Positions 1 to 9,100 of a stretch of 64,000 nucleotides of DNA are shown here, in pieces. The notes under the pieces were generated by a model, which made no database searches, had not been told where the DNA came from, and saw only the letters and a list, made by a program, of their open reading frames with translations. How positions within the stretch are numbered: position 1 is the first letter of the stretch; each line of letters opens with the position of its first letter. Source of the stretch: a virus; IMG/VR virus record IMGVR_UViG_3300005573_001166, positions 64,001 through 128,000 of that record, one strand, 5' to 3'. A program made the translations under genes and the position numbers.

Positions 1-1655
1 GAGATATATTAGGGTGGTTGTCTGATGATCTTGTATACGACATTTTATGTACTAAGGTAGCTTCTACAGTAAAACTAGCTAAAACGTATTTAGACATTAC
101 TCCTAGTCTTATATATCAGGAGTATGAAAACAACATTGCAGCTGTGAAGCTTGAACCTCTGAAATATTTTGATAGGTTAGGAGTTAAAGGTATTACAAAT
201 TTGGAGTTCTTGCAGAACATAAAGCAGTATAAGAAACAGGCAGAAGATTATTTAAACAACCTTATAGACAGCTTTAGACCTGAAATAAGTAGTTATTTAA
301 AAGAATTGCAACGCGTACTTGAGGAACTTGAAGACCTTCCAGAACATTCTCCTGTATCTGATCAAGTGCTTGAGTTTCTATCCAATCCTCCCAAAGTTAC
401 GTTTCCAGAGCTAGTCCGTCTGTTTAGGGAGTTTAAATGGGAACCTCTTTTTGGTGGCGAGTTATGGGCTCAGATTGCAGAAGCTACTATAAGGTTAGAA
501 GACTATTATAAAAAGGTAGTACCTACTGACGATCCTATTGAGAGTATAGGACCGATAGTTGAGAGGTATGTTAGAGATCCTAAAGATTTGAATAACCTGG
601 CAGTTGCCTTAGACTTATACAATTCTTTGGAGCATAATACTGGTAGTTTATTCAAGGATGTAACTCCTGAGATGCCTTACTGGTTAACGTTAGTTGCTTC
701 TGGTACATATCAACCGGAAATCCTATCTAAAATGAGTCCGAAGGTAAGGCAAATAGTTAGTGCTTATTATAGGGAAGTAGGGCCTCCAGAGTCTAGGAAA
801 CAGTTTATTGATAGTTTTGTAACACAGGTTCTTCGCAGGCGACTTCCCAAAGGTAAGCTTCCAGGTCCTGCTATACTGCTTCATATAGATGAAAGTTTGG
901 CAGGAGACGTATATGAGCGTTTAAAATATGAGATACAAAAAAGTGATCCGGTAAAAGATTCGGAGAAGCTTCAGGATTATATGGTTCTATTAGAGGATTT
1001 AGTATCGTCTAGTGCTTGGCAAGATTATGAGGAGAAACAGTTAAAACAATTACAACCTACTCCAGATGGTATAAAACATTTTATGCAAGAGATGGGAGTA
1101 TTTTATACATTTAAACATGCGCTTCCTTCCTATTTGTTAGAAAGTGTTAATCGGGAAGTTATAGCAAAGTTCTTTCAGGGGGTTACAGAGCCTGAAATAT
1201 TTCAGGCAACTTGCAAGGCAATGCCTTTAGACTTTTTAGCTACATATTTTGATACGGCACAAGGAGATAGGTTTGACACGGCAACACAGATACTTTTTGA
1301 AAGAGCAATTGCAGAGGGGGAAATAAGTTACTTGTTAAATAATTTATATGCTGAGACTGCTCCTATTCTATTAAACTTACTAACGACGCCTAAAGGGGGA
1401 TTACTTATTTTAAAGTTAGAGACTACAGATGAACTCGACTCTCTTGTAGACACGATTGTAGAGAAATATAAGTCCGGTTTAATTCCGGAACAAACTGCAA
1501 TGCAATTACTACAGATATTAGGCAAATTTCCAGATTCAGAGCCGTCTCTAGAACCTGCGGAGCCTCCCTTAGAACCTACAGAACCGTCTTTAGAATCTGC
1601 AGAGATGGTAGAACAACCTTCTGAACAGGAGGAAAGGAATGAGCAAATTGTTTAA
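1..1655 (+). CDS. Putative internal head/virion protein, 5'-partial; paralog of the C-terminal two thirds of 1639..3987
   Basis: Frame is open upstream of the annotated TTG at 18 (DILGWLSDDLVYD aligns with SIKDWLSDSLTYD of the paralog). Shared GGELWAQIAEA...LDLY(N/D)SLEHNTGSLF domain; acidic tail. Confidence 0.6.
   Translation, partial: DILGWLSDDLVYDILCTKVASTVKLAKTYLDITPSLIYQEYENNIAAVKLEPLKYFDRLGVKGITNLEFLQNIKQYKKQAEDYLNNLIDSFRPEISSYLKELQRVLEELEDLPEHSPVSDQVLEFLSNPPKVTFPELVRLFREFKWEPLFGGELWAQIAEATIRLEDYYKKVVPTDDPIESIGPIVERYVRDPKDLNNLAVALDLYNSLEHNTGSLFKDVTPEMPYWLTLVASGTYQPEILSKMSPKVRQIVSAYYREVGPPESRKQFIDSFVTQVLRRRLPKGKLPGPAILLHIDESLAGDVYERLKYEIQKSDPVKDSEKLQDYMVLLEDLVSSSAWQDYEEKQLKQLQPTPDGIKHFMQEMGVFYTFKHALPSYLLESVNREVIAKFFQGVTEPEIFQATCKAMPLDFLATYFDTAQGDRFDTATQILFERAIAEGEISYLLNNLYAETAPILLNLLTTPKGGLLILKLETTDELDSLVDTIVEKYKSGLIPEQTAMQLLQILGKFPDSEPSLEPAEPPLEPTEPSLESAEMVEQPSEQEERNEQIV
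456..806 (+). repeat. Near-identical ~350 bp segment shared with 2833..3183
   Basis: Direct alignment from ggcgagtt(a/g)tgggctcag to gtctaggaaacagttt; few substitutions, while the flanks are much more diverged. Confidence 0.9.
1540..1602 (+). repeat. Three 21-bp tandem repeats (EPSLEPA/EPPLEPT/EPSLESA)
   Basis: gagccgtctctagaacctgcg / gagcctcccttagaacctaca / gaaccgtctttagaatctgca. Confidence 0.8.
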
Positions 1656-3987
1656 ATTTGATCCTAATTCTACTACAAACGAGGGAAGATGGAGGCTTAT
1701 AGATCCTAAAGTTTTCGCACCTAATTCTATGCGAAGTTGGTACTCTTGGCAGGGTATACAGGCACCCGGTATTAGGTTTATAGTAGGTATAGACAACAGG
1801 GACAAGAAGTGGAAACCCCAAGCAATTCGCTTTGACAAAAAGTTGTGGACGGAGGAGAAGGCAGCAGCTTGGTGGCAGAAGCATAAAGACAGGTTTGTTA
1901 AAGAGTGGCAACCTTCCGACTGGCAGACTAATATAAAAACAGCTAAAACAAGTAAATTCGTTATACAAGAACATGATGCAACTAGAGCAGGGAAGCATTT
2001 TGATTTAAGGTTTGAAAGAGGGAATGTAGCTAAATCTTTTGCTGTACCCAAGCACACGATGCCGAGTACAGGAGAAAAAGTACTTGCAATCCAAGTCCAA
2101 GATCACCCAGTTAGTTTTATGAAGTGGGAAGGTACCGTACCTGAAGGCACCTATGGAGCAGGAAATATACGTATATTTGACCAAGGAGAGTATCGTATCA
2201 ATAGGTGGACAGATGATGTAATAGACGTCACTTTTGAAGGGAACAAGATAAAAGGTAGGTATGTTTTTATACATACAGGGGATGCTAAATGGTTGATTAC
2301 TAAACCTAAGAAGCAGATTGTAACTGCAGCTTTTACAGATGTACGTACTAAATTATTTGATTTCTACGGAGTAGCTTTTCTACCCATCACAGAGCGGTCT
2401 GAAGGTGTGAGTATTAAAGACTGGTTATCAGATAGCCTTACTTACGATGCCGTGACTCTTAAAGTCTCTTCTGTAATAAAACTAGCTAAAACATATTTAG
2501 ATGAAGTTCCTACATTTATATACGACGAACTTCTCCACTGTACCGATGCCCTGGGTTGGAGGCCTGTGTTGTATTTACAGAAAGTTGGCTACGATCCTGA
2601 AAATCCTAAGCATAGGGAGAATGTTAACGAGTTTATGGAGAAAGCAGACTATATGATAAATCGTCTTGTAAATAGTTTTAGTCCTGAAACAAGAGATCTC
2701 TTAAAGGAATTAAGGGAGTACGTTCTGCGACTAGAAGGCTCTGCTTCTGCTTTTTACTCTAGAATACGCAGCATCCCGTTGCCTGAAGCAATACGTATAT
2801 TTAGGGAGTTTGTGTGGCGCCCGTACTATGGCGGCGAGTTGTGGGCTCAGATTGCAGAAGCTACTATAAGGTTAGGAGATTATTATAAAAAGGTAGTACC
2901 TACTGACGATCCTGTTGAGAGTATAGGACCGATAGTTGAGAGGTATGTTAGAGATCCTAAAGATTTGAATAACCTGGCAGTTGCCTTAGACTTATACGAT
3001 TCTTTGGAGCATAATACTGGTAGTTTATTCAGGTATTCAGCCCCAGAGATGCCTTACTGGTTAACATTAGTTGCTTCTGGTACATATCAACCGGAAATCT
3101 TATCTAAAATGAGTTCGAAGGTAAGGCAAATAGTTAGTGCTTATTATAGGGAAGTAGGGCCTCCAGAGTCTAGGAAACAGTTTGTCGATAATTTTATAGG
3201 TATTGCAGCTGAGAAAGCAACTGTACTAGGAAAAGTTACAGATGCCTCTTTAGCGGGAGATTTATACAAATATTTGAAAGATAATATAAAAGGGGCAGAT
3301 ACTATGAAAGCTATTGTGTTTTCTAAAGGATGGAGAGATTACGAGTTGCAATACTTCAAGCAATTGGAACCTAACTCTGAGGGCATTGAGGAATTTAGTC
3401 AGGAATTACATTTCCTTAAGAAGTTAGTACCAAATGATTTTACGTCTCTATTTTCTAACCTGTTGGGTGTAGCAGAAGTACCGGTAATTGAGGCTTTGTT
3501 TGAGGAAGAGTCTACAGATACTAATCTATTTGTAGAAACGTGTTATAAACTTCCACTGGATTGTTTATTCAATCATCTTGATAAGGTCACTGGAAGCAAG
3601 TTTTACAGAGGTGTATTCGTATTGTTTCAGAGGGCGATTTCTGAAGATTACTTAAACTATATACCAAGTTACTTGAATACTGAGACTGCTCCTGTACTGT
3701 CTACAGTCATTAATTTTGTTCCTGAGTTAGGCCCAGGCAAATTGAAGTTAATGGATATTGTTCTTAAAAAGTTTCAGCAACAGGATTTAACAGCAGAAGC
3801 AGCTAATGATCTACTGCAAAGTTTAGGATACGAGGAGACAGTAGAGCAAATGTTGTCTTCAGAACAACCAGATACAAATTCTGTACAAGAAGCTCCTTTA
3901 GCTACAGATTCTGTTCAGACTGAAGAACCAATAGAAAACGAAACTAAGGTGTCTGAAGAAACGGAACTTCAGATGGAGGAGTATTAA
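1639..3987 (+). CDS. Multidomain virion-associated protein: small N-terminal head-module domain + LigD-type 3'-phosphoesterase (PE) domain + HNTG-motif domain
   Basis: Residues ~105-225 (about 1954-2310) carry the LigD PE signature FVIQEHDA..KHFDLRFE...SFAVPK...LAIQVQDHP....WEG.VPEG.YGAG....FDQGEY...KGRY. The N-terminal R..DP..F...GI..IVG...QAIRFDK..WT...A..W...H domain resembles those seen beside phage prohead proteases. Confidence 0.8.
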   Translation: MSKLFKFDPNSTTNEGRWRLIDPKVFAPNSMRSWYSWQGIQAPGIRFIVGIDNRDKKWKPQAIRFDKKLWTEEKAAAWWQKHKDRFVKEWQPSDWQTNIKTAKTSKFVIQEHDATRAGKHFDLRFERGNVAKSFAVPKHTMPSTGEKVLAIQVQDHPVSFMKWEGTVPEGTYGAGNIRIFDQGEYRINRWTDDVIDVTFEGNKIKGRYVFIHTGDAKWLITKPKKQIVTAAFTDVRTKLFDFYGVAFLPITERSEGVSIKDWLSDSLTYDAVTLKVSSVIKLAKTYLDEVPTFIYDELLHCTDALGWRPVLYLQKVGYDPENPKHRENVNEFMEKADYMINRLVNSFSPETRDLLKELREYVLRLEGSASAFYSRIRSIPLPEAIRIFREFVWRPYYGGELWAQIAEATIRLGDYYKKVVPTDDPVESIGPIVERYVRDPKDLNNLAVALDLYDSLEHNTGSLFRYSAPEMPYWLTLVASGTYQPEILSKMSSKVRQIVSAYYREVGPPESRKQFVDNFIGIAAEKATVLGKVTDASLAGDLYKYLKDNIKGADTMKAIVFSKGWRDYELQYFKQLEPNSEGIEEFSQELHFLKKLVPNDFTSLFSNLLGVAEVPVIEALFEEESTDTNLFVETCYKLPLDCLFNHLDKVTGSKFYRGVFVLFQRAISEDYLNYIPSYLNTETAPVLSTVINFVPELGPGKLKLMDIVLKKFQQQDLTAEAANDLLQSLGYEETVEQMLSSEQPDTNSVQEAPLATDSVQTEEPIENETKVSEETELQMEEY

Positions 3988-3990
3988 GAA

Positions 3991-4245
3991 ATGAGACTAC
4001 CTGAGACAGAAGAAGATTTTCTTAAATATTTAAAGTTTATATACTTACCTTACAGAAAAGCAGAACTTGACGAATCGGAGCTTCCAATTACCTATGATAT
4101 AACACAATGTGCTTGGTGTAAAAGGTATGTAGATAAACAGACCCGACAATATGTAGACAAACCGGAAGGAGTACAAGTAGTATCCCACGGCATATGCCCT
4201 GAATGCAAAAAGAAGTTATTAGAAGAAGCTTCTAAGCTTTTTTGA
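3991..4245 (+). CDS. Small zinc-ribbon protein
   Basis: CAWC and SHGICPEC motifs. Confidence 0.65.
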   Translation: MRLPETEEDFLKYLKFIYLPYRKAELDESELPITYDITQCAWCKRYVDKQTRQYVDKPEGVQVVSHGICPECKKKLLEEASKLF

Positions 4246-4303
4246 AAAAATCAAAAAAACTTTATAATGAATTAATAACCAGCTGTAAAAATTCTTTTTT
4301 AGC

Positions 4304-4332
4304 TTGACATTTGATATGTGTTTTATTATAAT
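4304..4332 (+). promoter_or_regulatory. Consensus sigma70/sigmaA promoter
   Basis: TTGACA (4304-4309), 17 nt spacer, TATAAT (4327-4332). A weaker TAGACT-N18-TATAAT lies at 4372-4401. Confidence 0.85.
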
Positions 4333-4424
4333 AGAATTTTGAACAAAGGAGTCTTTACTTTTAACATTTTATAGACTTATGCCCTGTGAATAGTGTATAA
4401 TTATATCGTATTATTAACCAACAC

Positions 4425-4468
4425 CGCTCCGACTTCCTTTGTATTAGGTGGAAGTTGGAGCGTTTTTT
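4425..4468 (+). terminator. Intrinsic terminator
   Basis: 13-bp stem cgctccgacttcc / ggaagttggagcg (one G-U) followed by T6. Confidence 0.75.
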
Positions 4469-4538
4469 AAGTTTATAGGACTAGCCTTAAGAAACCTGCT
4501 TAGAAATACTACTCTTTTTTTAAAACACCAAAAAGAAC

Positions 4539-5186
4539 ATGAAAACTAATACTCTAAAATATACAACTCCCGACAGGTGGTTGTTGATAACGGGAGTAGT
4601 CGAGCGTCTTACTAGCGACCAACCCTCTATACCTATTCAAAAGTTAATAGAGGCTATAGATAAGAGAGTACATCCTCCTTTAACTCAAACGGAAAAGGGT
4701 AGAATATATAAATTATATAACAAGTTTCAAGCTTCAGAGAGGCAGGAGAAAGTTATGGATGAGACGAATCAGGGGTTAAGCGTACCCCTCTTTGCCCAAC
4801 CAGGTTTATACATGTTTGGAAGTAGTTTACTTCAGAAGTATCCTGAGTTGAGGGGCGCTGATTATTGGAGGGCCTTTCAGCAAGCTCTCCAGCTACTTCG
4901 TAGTAATGTAGATGAGGACCGTATACTCGAGGTTATAGAATCGGAGTATCCTACAGTGGATAACTCGTTAGTTATGAAGGCAGCTAAAAGCTTTTTAAGG
5001 GAGGGGTCTATGTATATAGAAGGAAGGTTATATGGAGAAACCTTCAAGGACGATACTATACCTAAAATTGCAGCTATTTATTCGGATCTGATATGGCAAG
5101 GAGCGTCAGAGGAGTTTGTATTTGGCTTTAAAGACGGTTTGCCCAGAAAGGCAAGCCTGTTTATTTCTAATATGAGGAGTAACTAA
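4539..5186 (+). CDS. Hypothetical protein, head module
   Basis: 215-aa ORF coupled to the next gene; possible in-frame internal start at 5010 (GGGAGGGG-tct-ATG). Confidence 0.55.
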   Translation: MKTNTLKYTTPDRWLLITGVVERLTSDQPSIPIQKLIEAIDKRVHPPLTQTEKGRIYKLYNKFQASERQEKVMDETNQGLSVPLFAQPGLYMFGSSLLQKYPELRGADYWRAFQQALQLLRSNVDEDRILEVIESEYPTVDNSLVMKAAKSFLREGSMYIEGRLYGETFKDDTIPKIAAIYSDLIWQGASEEFVFGFKDGLPRKASLFISNMRSN

Positions 5187-5187
5187 A

Positions 5188-5448
5188 ATGATTATACACA
5201 ACTTAACTTCACAGGATCTTTCTTTTAATATAGACTCAGGTATAGGTGTAGACTTAAAAGGACAGCAGTTCAGAACAGTTATTGCTGCCGGTAGTAGTGC
5301 TACTATATCAAATGCAATGATGTTCCTTTTAATGTTGAACCCGGAATTTCAATCGGCATATGCCAACGGCAACATATCTGTAACATATGACACTGGTGAT
5401 GCTACTTTCTTCGGTAGGATACAAAGCTTACTAGGCGGAACTTTATAA
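5188..5448 (+). CDS. Small protein of a paralogous N-x-T..DL family (with 16869, 17246, 18792, 41710)
   Basis: AGGAG RBS; IHNLTSQDLSF...IAAGSSATI...NPEFQSAYANGNISV pattern. Confidence 0.6.
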   Translation: MIIHNLTSQDLSFNIDSGIGVDLKGQQFRTVIAAGSSATISNAMMFLLMLNPEFQSAYANGNISVTYDTGDATFFGRIQSLLGGTL

Positions 5449-5459
5449 GGAGAGTATGA

Positions 5460-6128
5460 GTGTTTATCTTGCCGGAAGATATGTCTATAAAGCAGTTCCA
5501 GTCTTTCTGGACTAGAACACCTAGCAAAATAAAGAAGGTATTGCTGGACAATATAACAGAGATCTCCTATACAGATGATCAGGATTCTAGACTTCAGGGT
5601 AAAAGGGCAATTTTGGAAGGAACTAACCTTTTTTTAGTAAAGGGTTGCGACTTAGAAGAGATATGGCATGAAGCGGCCCATTTACTTTTAGATGCACTAC
5701 CTCAAAAGCAGGAGATATTGGACTCTTACAAAAAGGATGAGGAAGCTTTAGCCGATGAGCTTTACTTTTTGCTATACAAGGGCATCCCTTCTGATTTCTG
5801 GATTAAATACTTAACCGCTTCAATAAAGACTGCAAGTGTATCATCTATAGATATAATAGATGCTGCTTTAGATACATTAGCAACCTTAGTTTTATCCAGT
5901 GACGACGAGTCATATATCTGGGCATTAGAGATTGCTAAAGAGGCCGTAAAGGACTTACGGAAGGAGGATATGCTTTCTTATGAAAGTAGGGAAGCACCTA
6001 GACAATATTATTATCGTGAAGATTTAGCTTTATCTCCTCTTAAAACACATCAAAACAATCCTTTAGAAGTTAGTAGGGTAGATGTTACTCCTCGAGGCAA
6101 TAGTGCAGACGGTCTAGGTTTAGTATAA
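5460..6128 (+). CDS. Zincin-like (HExxH) domain protein, putative head protein
   Basis: WHEAAH plus downstream EEALADE third-ligand helix; internal IKTAS motif; AAGGAG RBS. Confidence 0.55.
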   Translation: MFILPEDMSIKQFQSFWTRTPSKIKKVLLDNITEISYTDDQDSRLQGKRAILEGTNLFLVKGCDLEEIWHEAAHLLLDALPQKQEILDSYKKDEEALADELYFLLYKGIPSDFWIKYLTASIKTASVSSIDIIDAALDTLATLVLSSDDESYIWALEIAKEAVKDLRKEDMLSYESREAPRQYYYREDLALSPLKTHQNNPLEVSRVDVTPRGNSADGLGLV

Positions 6129-6140
6129 GGAGTATAGAAA

Positions 6141-9100
6141 GTGGGCAGAATTATAAGATACGGTACTAGTGTTTCTATTGTAGAAACGTACGAGAAAATA
6201 TCGGATGTCAAGTTAGGCCCTAAAACTTTGGAGCGAGTTGCTGCAGTAACTCCTGTAGCCCAGTACTCCGATAAGTACTTGTATGTTGTAGCTAGGGCGG
6301 TATCTGGCTATGAAAAGTGGGGTCCTAACGATAACGGGGATTCCTTTGAGTGGGAGGAGCTTTTAAAAGCATACCCTACATTTATACGAGGGGGAGTGTA
6401 TAGAGATCATAACAATCAGGATAGAAAGCAAGCGATAGGTATTATCTTGGATGCATGGCCTGATATGGAAGGTCAATACATAGATGTTTTGATGGCAATT
6501 AATAAGAAAAAGGCCCCCAGGGAAGTTGCATGGATAAAAGAAGGTACATTAGACTCTGTAAGTATGGGATGCGTGGTAGATGAGGCTATTTGTTCTATTT
6601 GCGGCAATGTTGCAAGAGATGAGTCAGAGTATTGCGAGCATGTAAGAAATGGTATGAAGGGAAGGATTATCGGGGGCAAATTATGCCACGAGTTCAATAG
6701 AGGAGTTAGATTTTTTGAGGTTAGTTTAATTAGTCCTTACTCAGAAGCTGCTGATCCTGAAGCTAAAATCAAGCAAACCTTGGCTTCGAAAGATACAGAT
6801 GAGTTCGAGGAATGGATTGTAGAAACCAGTTTTTCTGATGTAAAAGAATCTGATTTGCTGGATAGTTTTTCTTATCAGATTGGGGATCAGGTATATACCC
6901 AAGATGGGTCTAAAGGTGTTATAGTGGGGACTGAGGGTATGTATCCGAAAGTGGCGATAGGTAAGTCACGAGTTCAACTGTTTGATCCCAAAACTTTAAC
7001 TATTGTTAAGGGGGTTAATGAAATGGCTTCTGATGTTATCAAACAAGCTCAGGGTACTGAGAAAGAAGAATTTGGTAGGGATCATCCTAATAAGGCTAAC
7101 CCTACTACAGGTAGATGGGGAGGGGACTATGGGTCTCCTGCAGAGAAATACGAACAGGACTTTAATCGCACAGAGGTTGAATCTGAAAGTGTAGATTTAA
7201 GAGGTTCTCAGGTTTCTAGTCAAATAGAAAGGCCTGATTATCTGCATAAAGGTAAAACGTCTGGAGAAGTAGAAGGTCCTATGCCTAAGAAGGCGTCGGT
7301 AGATGAATTAGAGAAACAATTGGAAGAGCATTTAAAGAGTACTGCAGAAAAAGTACTTGAATTAGAGCAGGTTAAGAAGGGAGAGGCTGTTAAAAAGAGC
7401 TTTATGTCTAGACTTAGACAGGCATTAGGTATAGAAAGAGAAGCAGCTGAAGATTATGGACGCGATGCTCCTGCTAGAGGCAATCCTAGTACCATGAGGG
7501 ATGCGGGGGATTATCAAGAATCTGAAAAATACTATGCAGCTCAAAAGGAAGAAGGAGATACTAAAGCTGTCGAAACTAAAAAAGATATAGATGCTCAAAG
7601 GCCTTATACCTATTCTAATACTCTAGAAAACATCTATACCAAGCTTCCTAAGGTAGCTATGTCGGTTAAAGAGATAACCGATAAACTGAAAGAGATATTT
7701 GGAGATGAACAAAAAGCTGCTACTTTTGCAAAAACTTTATCAGAGTTAAACGATAAAGAAGTAGAAGATGTTTTAAAAATGATTGCAGAATTGGAAGCAG
7801 AAGAAAAAGAGGAGACTGAAGGCAAACCGGCTCCTTTGGGTATGCCAAGCGGTTCTAAAGTTGCAGCTATCTACCACATCAGGTTGGCTTTGGCACATAA
7901 AAAATTAGCTGCATTAGGTGACTGGGGTAATGAGGATCCTGTTGCGCATGCTAAGAGGATGATTTTGCAGCAGATAACTAGAGATCCTACTACAAATATA
8001 CAGTCTATGTTTATGCTTGCTTCCAGCATAAGGAACCTAAATGAAGAGCAAAAAGCAAAATTGTCTAAAGAATTGGGCCTTGCAAAGGAGGCTGCGTTGG
8101 ATTACAAAAATATGACTAAGGAAGAATTAATCGGTGCCCTCAAATACGCTAAAGCAATGGGTGATCTTAAAGCAGAGAATAGTATACTTAATGCTTTATT
8201 GTCCAAGAAGGAAGACGCTCCTGTAAGGAAAACAGCTGCATCTTGGGATGAGATAATTCCTTATATAGTAGAGCAGATGAAAAAAGGTAGAAGCTATCAA
8301 GATATAAAGGCCGAAATAGATGAGAAGTTTGATATTACACCCGGTTCAAAGAAAGGCCCCGAACCTAAGAAAGCTCCTTCTAAGGAACCTGCTATGGGGC
8401 CAGGCGGCAGTTTTATGCCTGAACCAGGAAATGCATCTGAGCTAACTAAAAGTCCAAGTGAGGGAGGATACCTAAGCTCAGGTTCGCCTTCTCAAACAGG
8501 TCTGTGGGGAGGAGAAACTCCCGGTGCTATGAATGAAAGAGAAATTGGAAGAAGCTCTTCTGTGAAAACGGCAGGTAGATCCCTTAAAGAGTGGGTAGCT
8601 GAGTTGGAGAAAAAAGGCGCCCCTGCTAAAGTTATAAGACAGTTTCAACATATATGGAATTCTGCTATAGAAGATGGTAAAAGTGAGGAATACGCTGCTA
8701 GAGCTGCTATAGATAAGCTTCCTAAAGAATACCTAGAAGAACCTACAGAAGCACATGGTCCAGGTAAGAGCGGTTCTAAGAAAACAGCTGCAGAGCTTTT
8801 AAATGACTACGACATTACTAAAGGAACTGGTGCTAGATGGAATGCTACTACTAAAGAGTTAGCAGATGAGTCTAATCAGGAGCAAAAAAAGGACTTTATT
8901 GCAGAGCTTAAAGAGGCTAGAAAGAAAGAGCTTCTTGCAAGACAGCTGGAAGTAACAGCCGGTAGATCCCTCAAAGAGTGGGTAGCTGAGTTGAAGAAAA
9001 AGGGCGCTCCTGCTAAAGTTATAAGGCAGTTTCAACATATATGGAATTCTGCTATAGAGGATGGTAAAAGTGAGGCATATGCTGCTAGAGCTGCTATAGA

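Noticed and set aside
456-3183. Diversity-generating retroelement TR/VR pair
   Set aside because: Differences include C/T and G/A changes and are not adenine-specific; both copies are coding; no reverse transcriptase in the window.
5961-5972. Internal start in 5460..6128 (AAGGAGG-at-ATG)
   Set aside because: RBS-ATG spacing is only 2 nt and is explained by Lys-Glu-Asp-Met codons.
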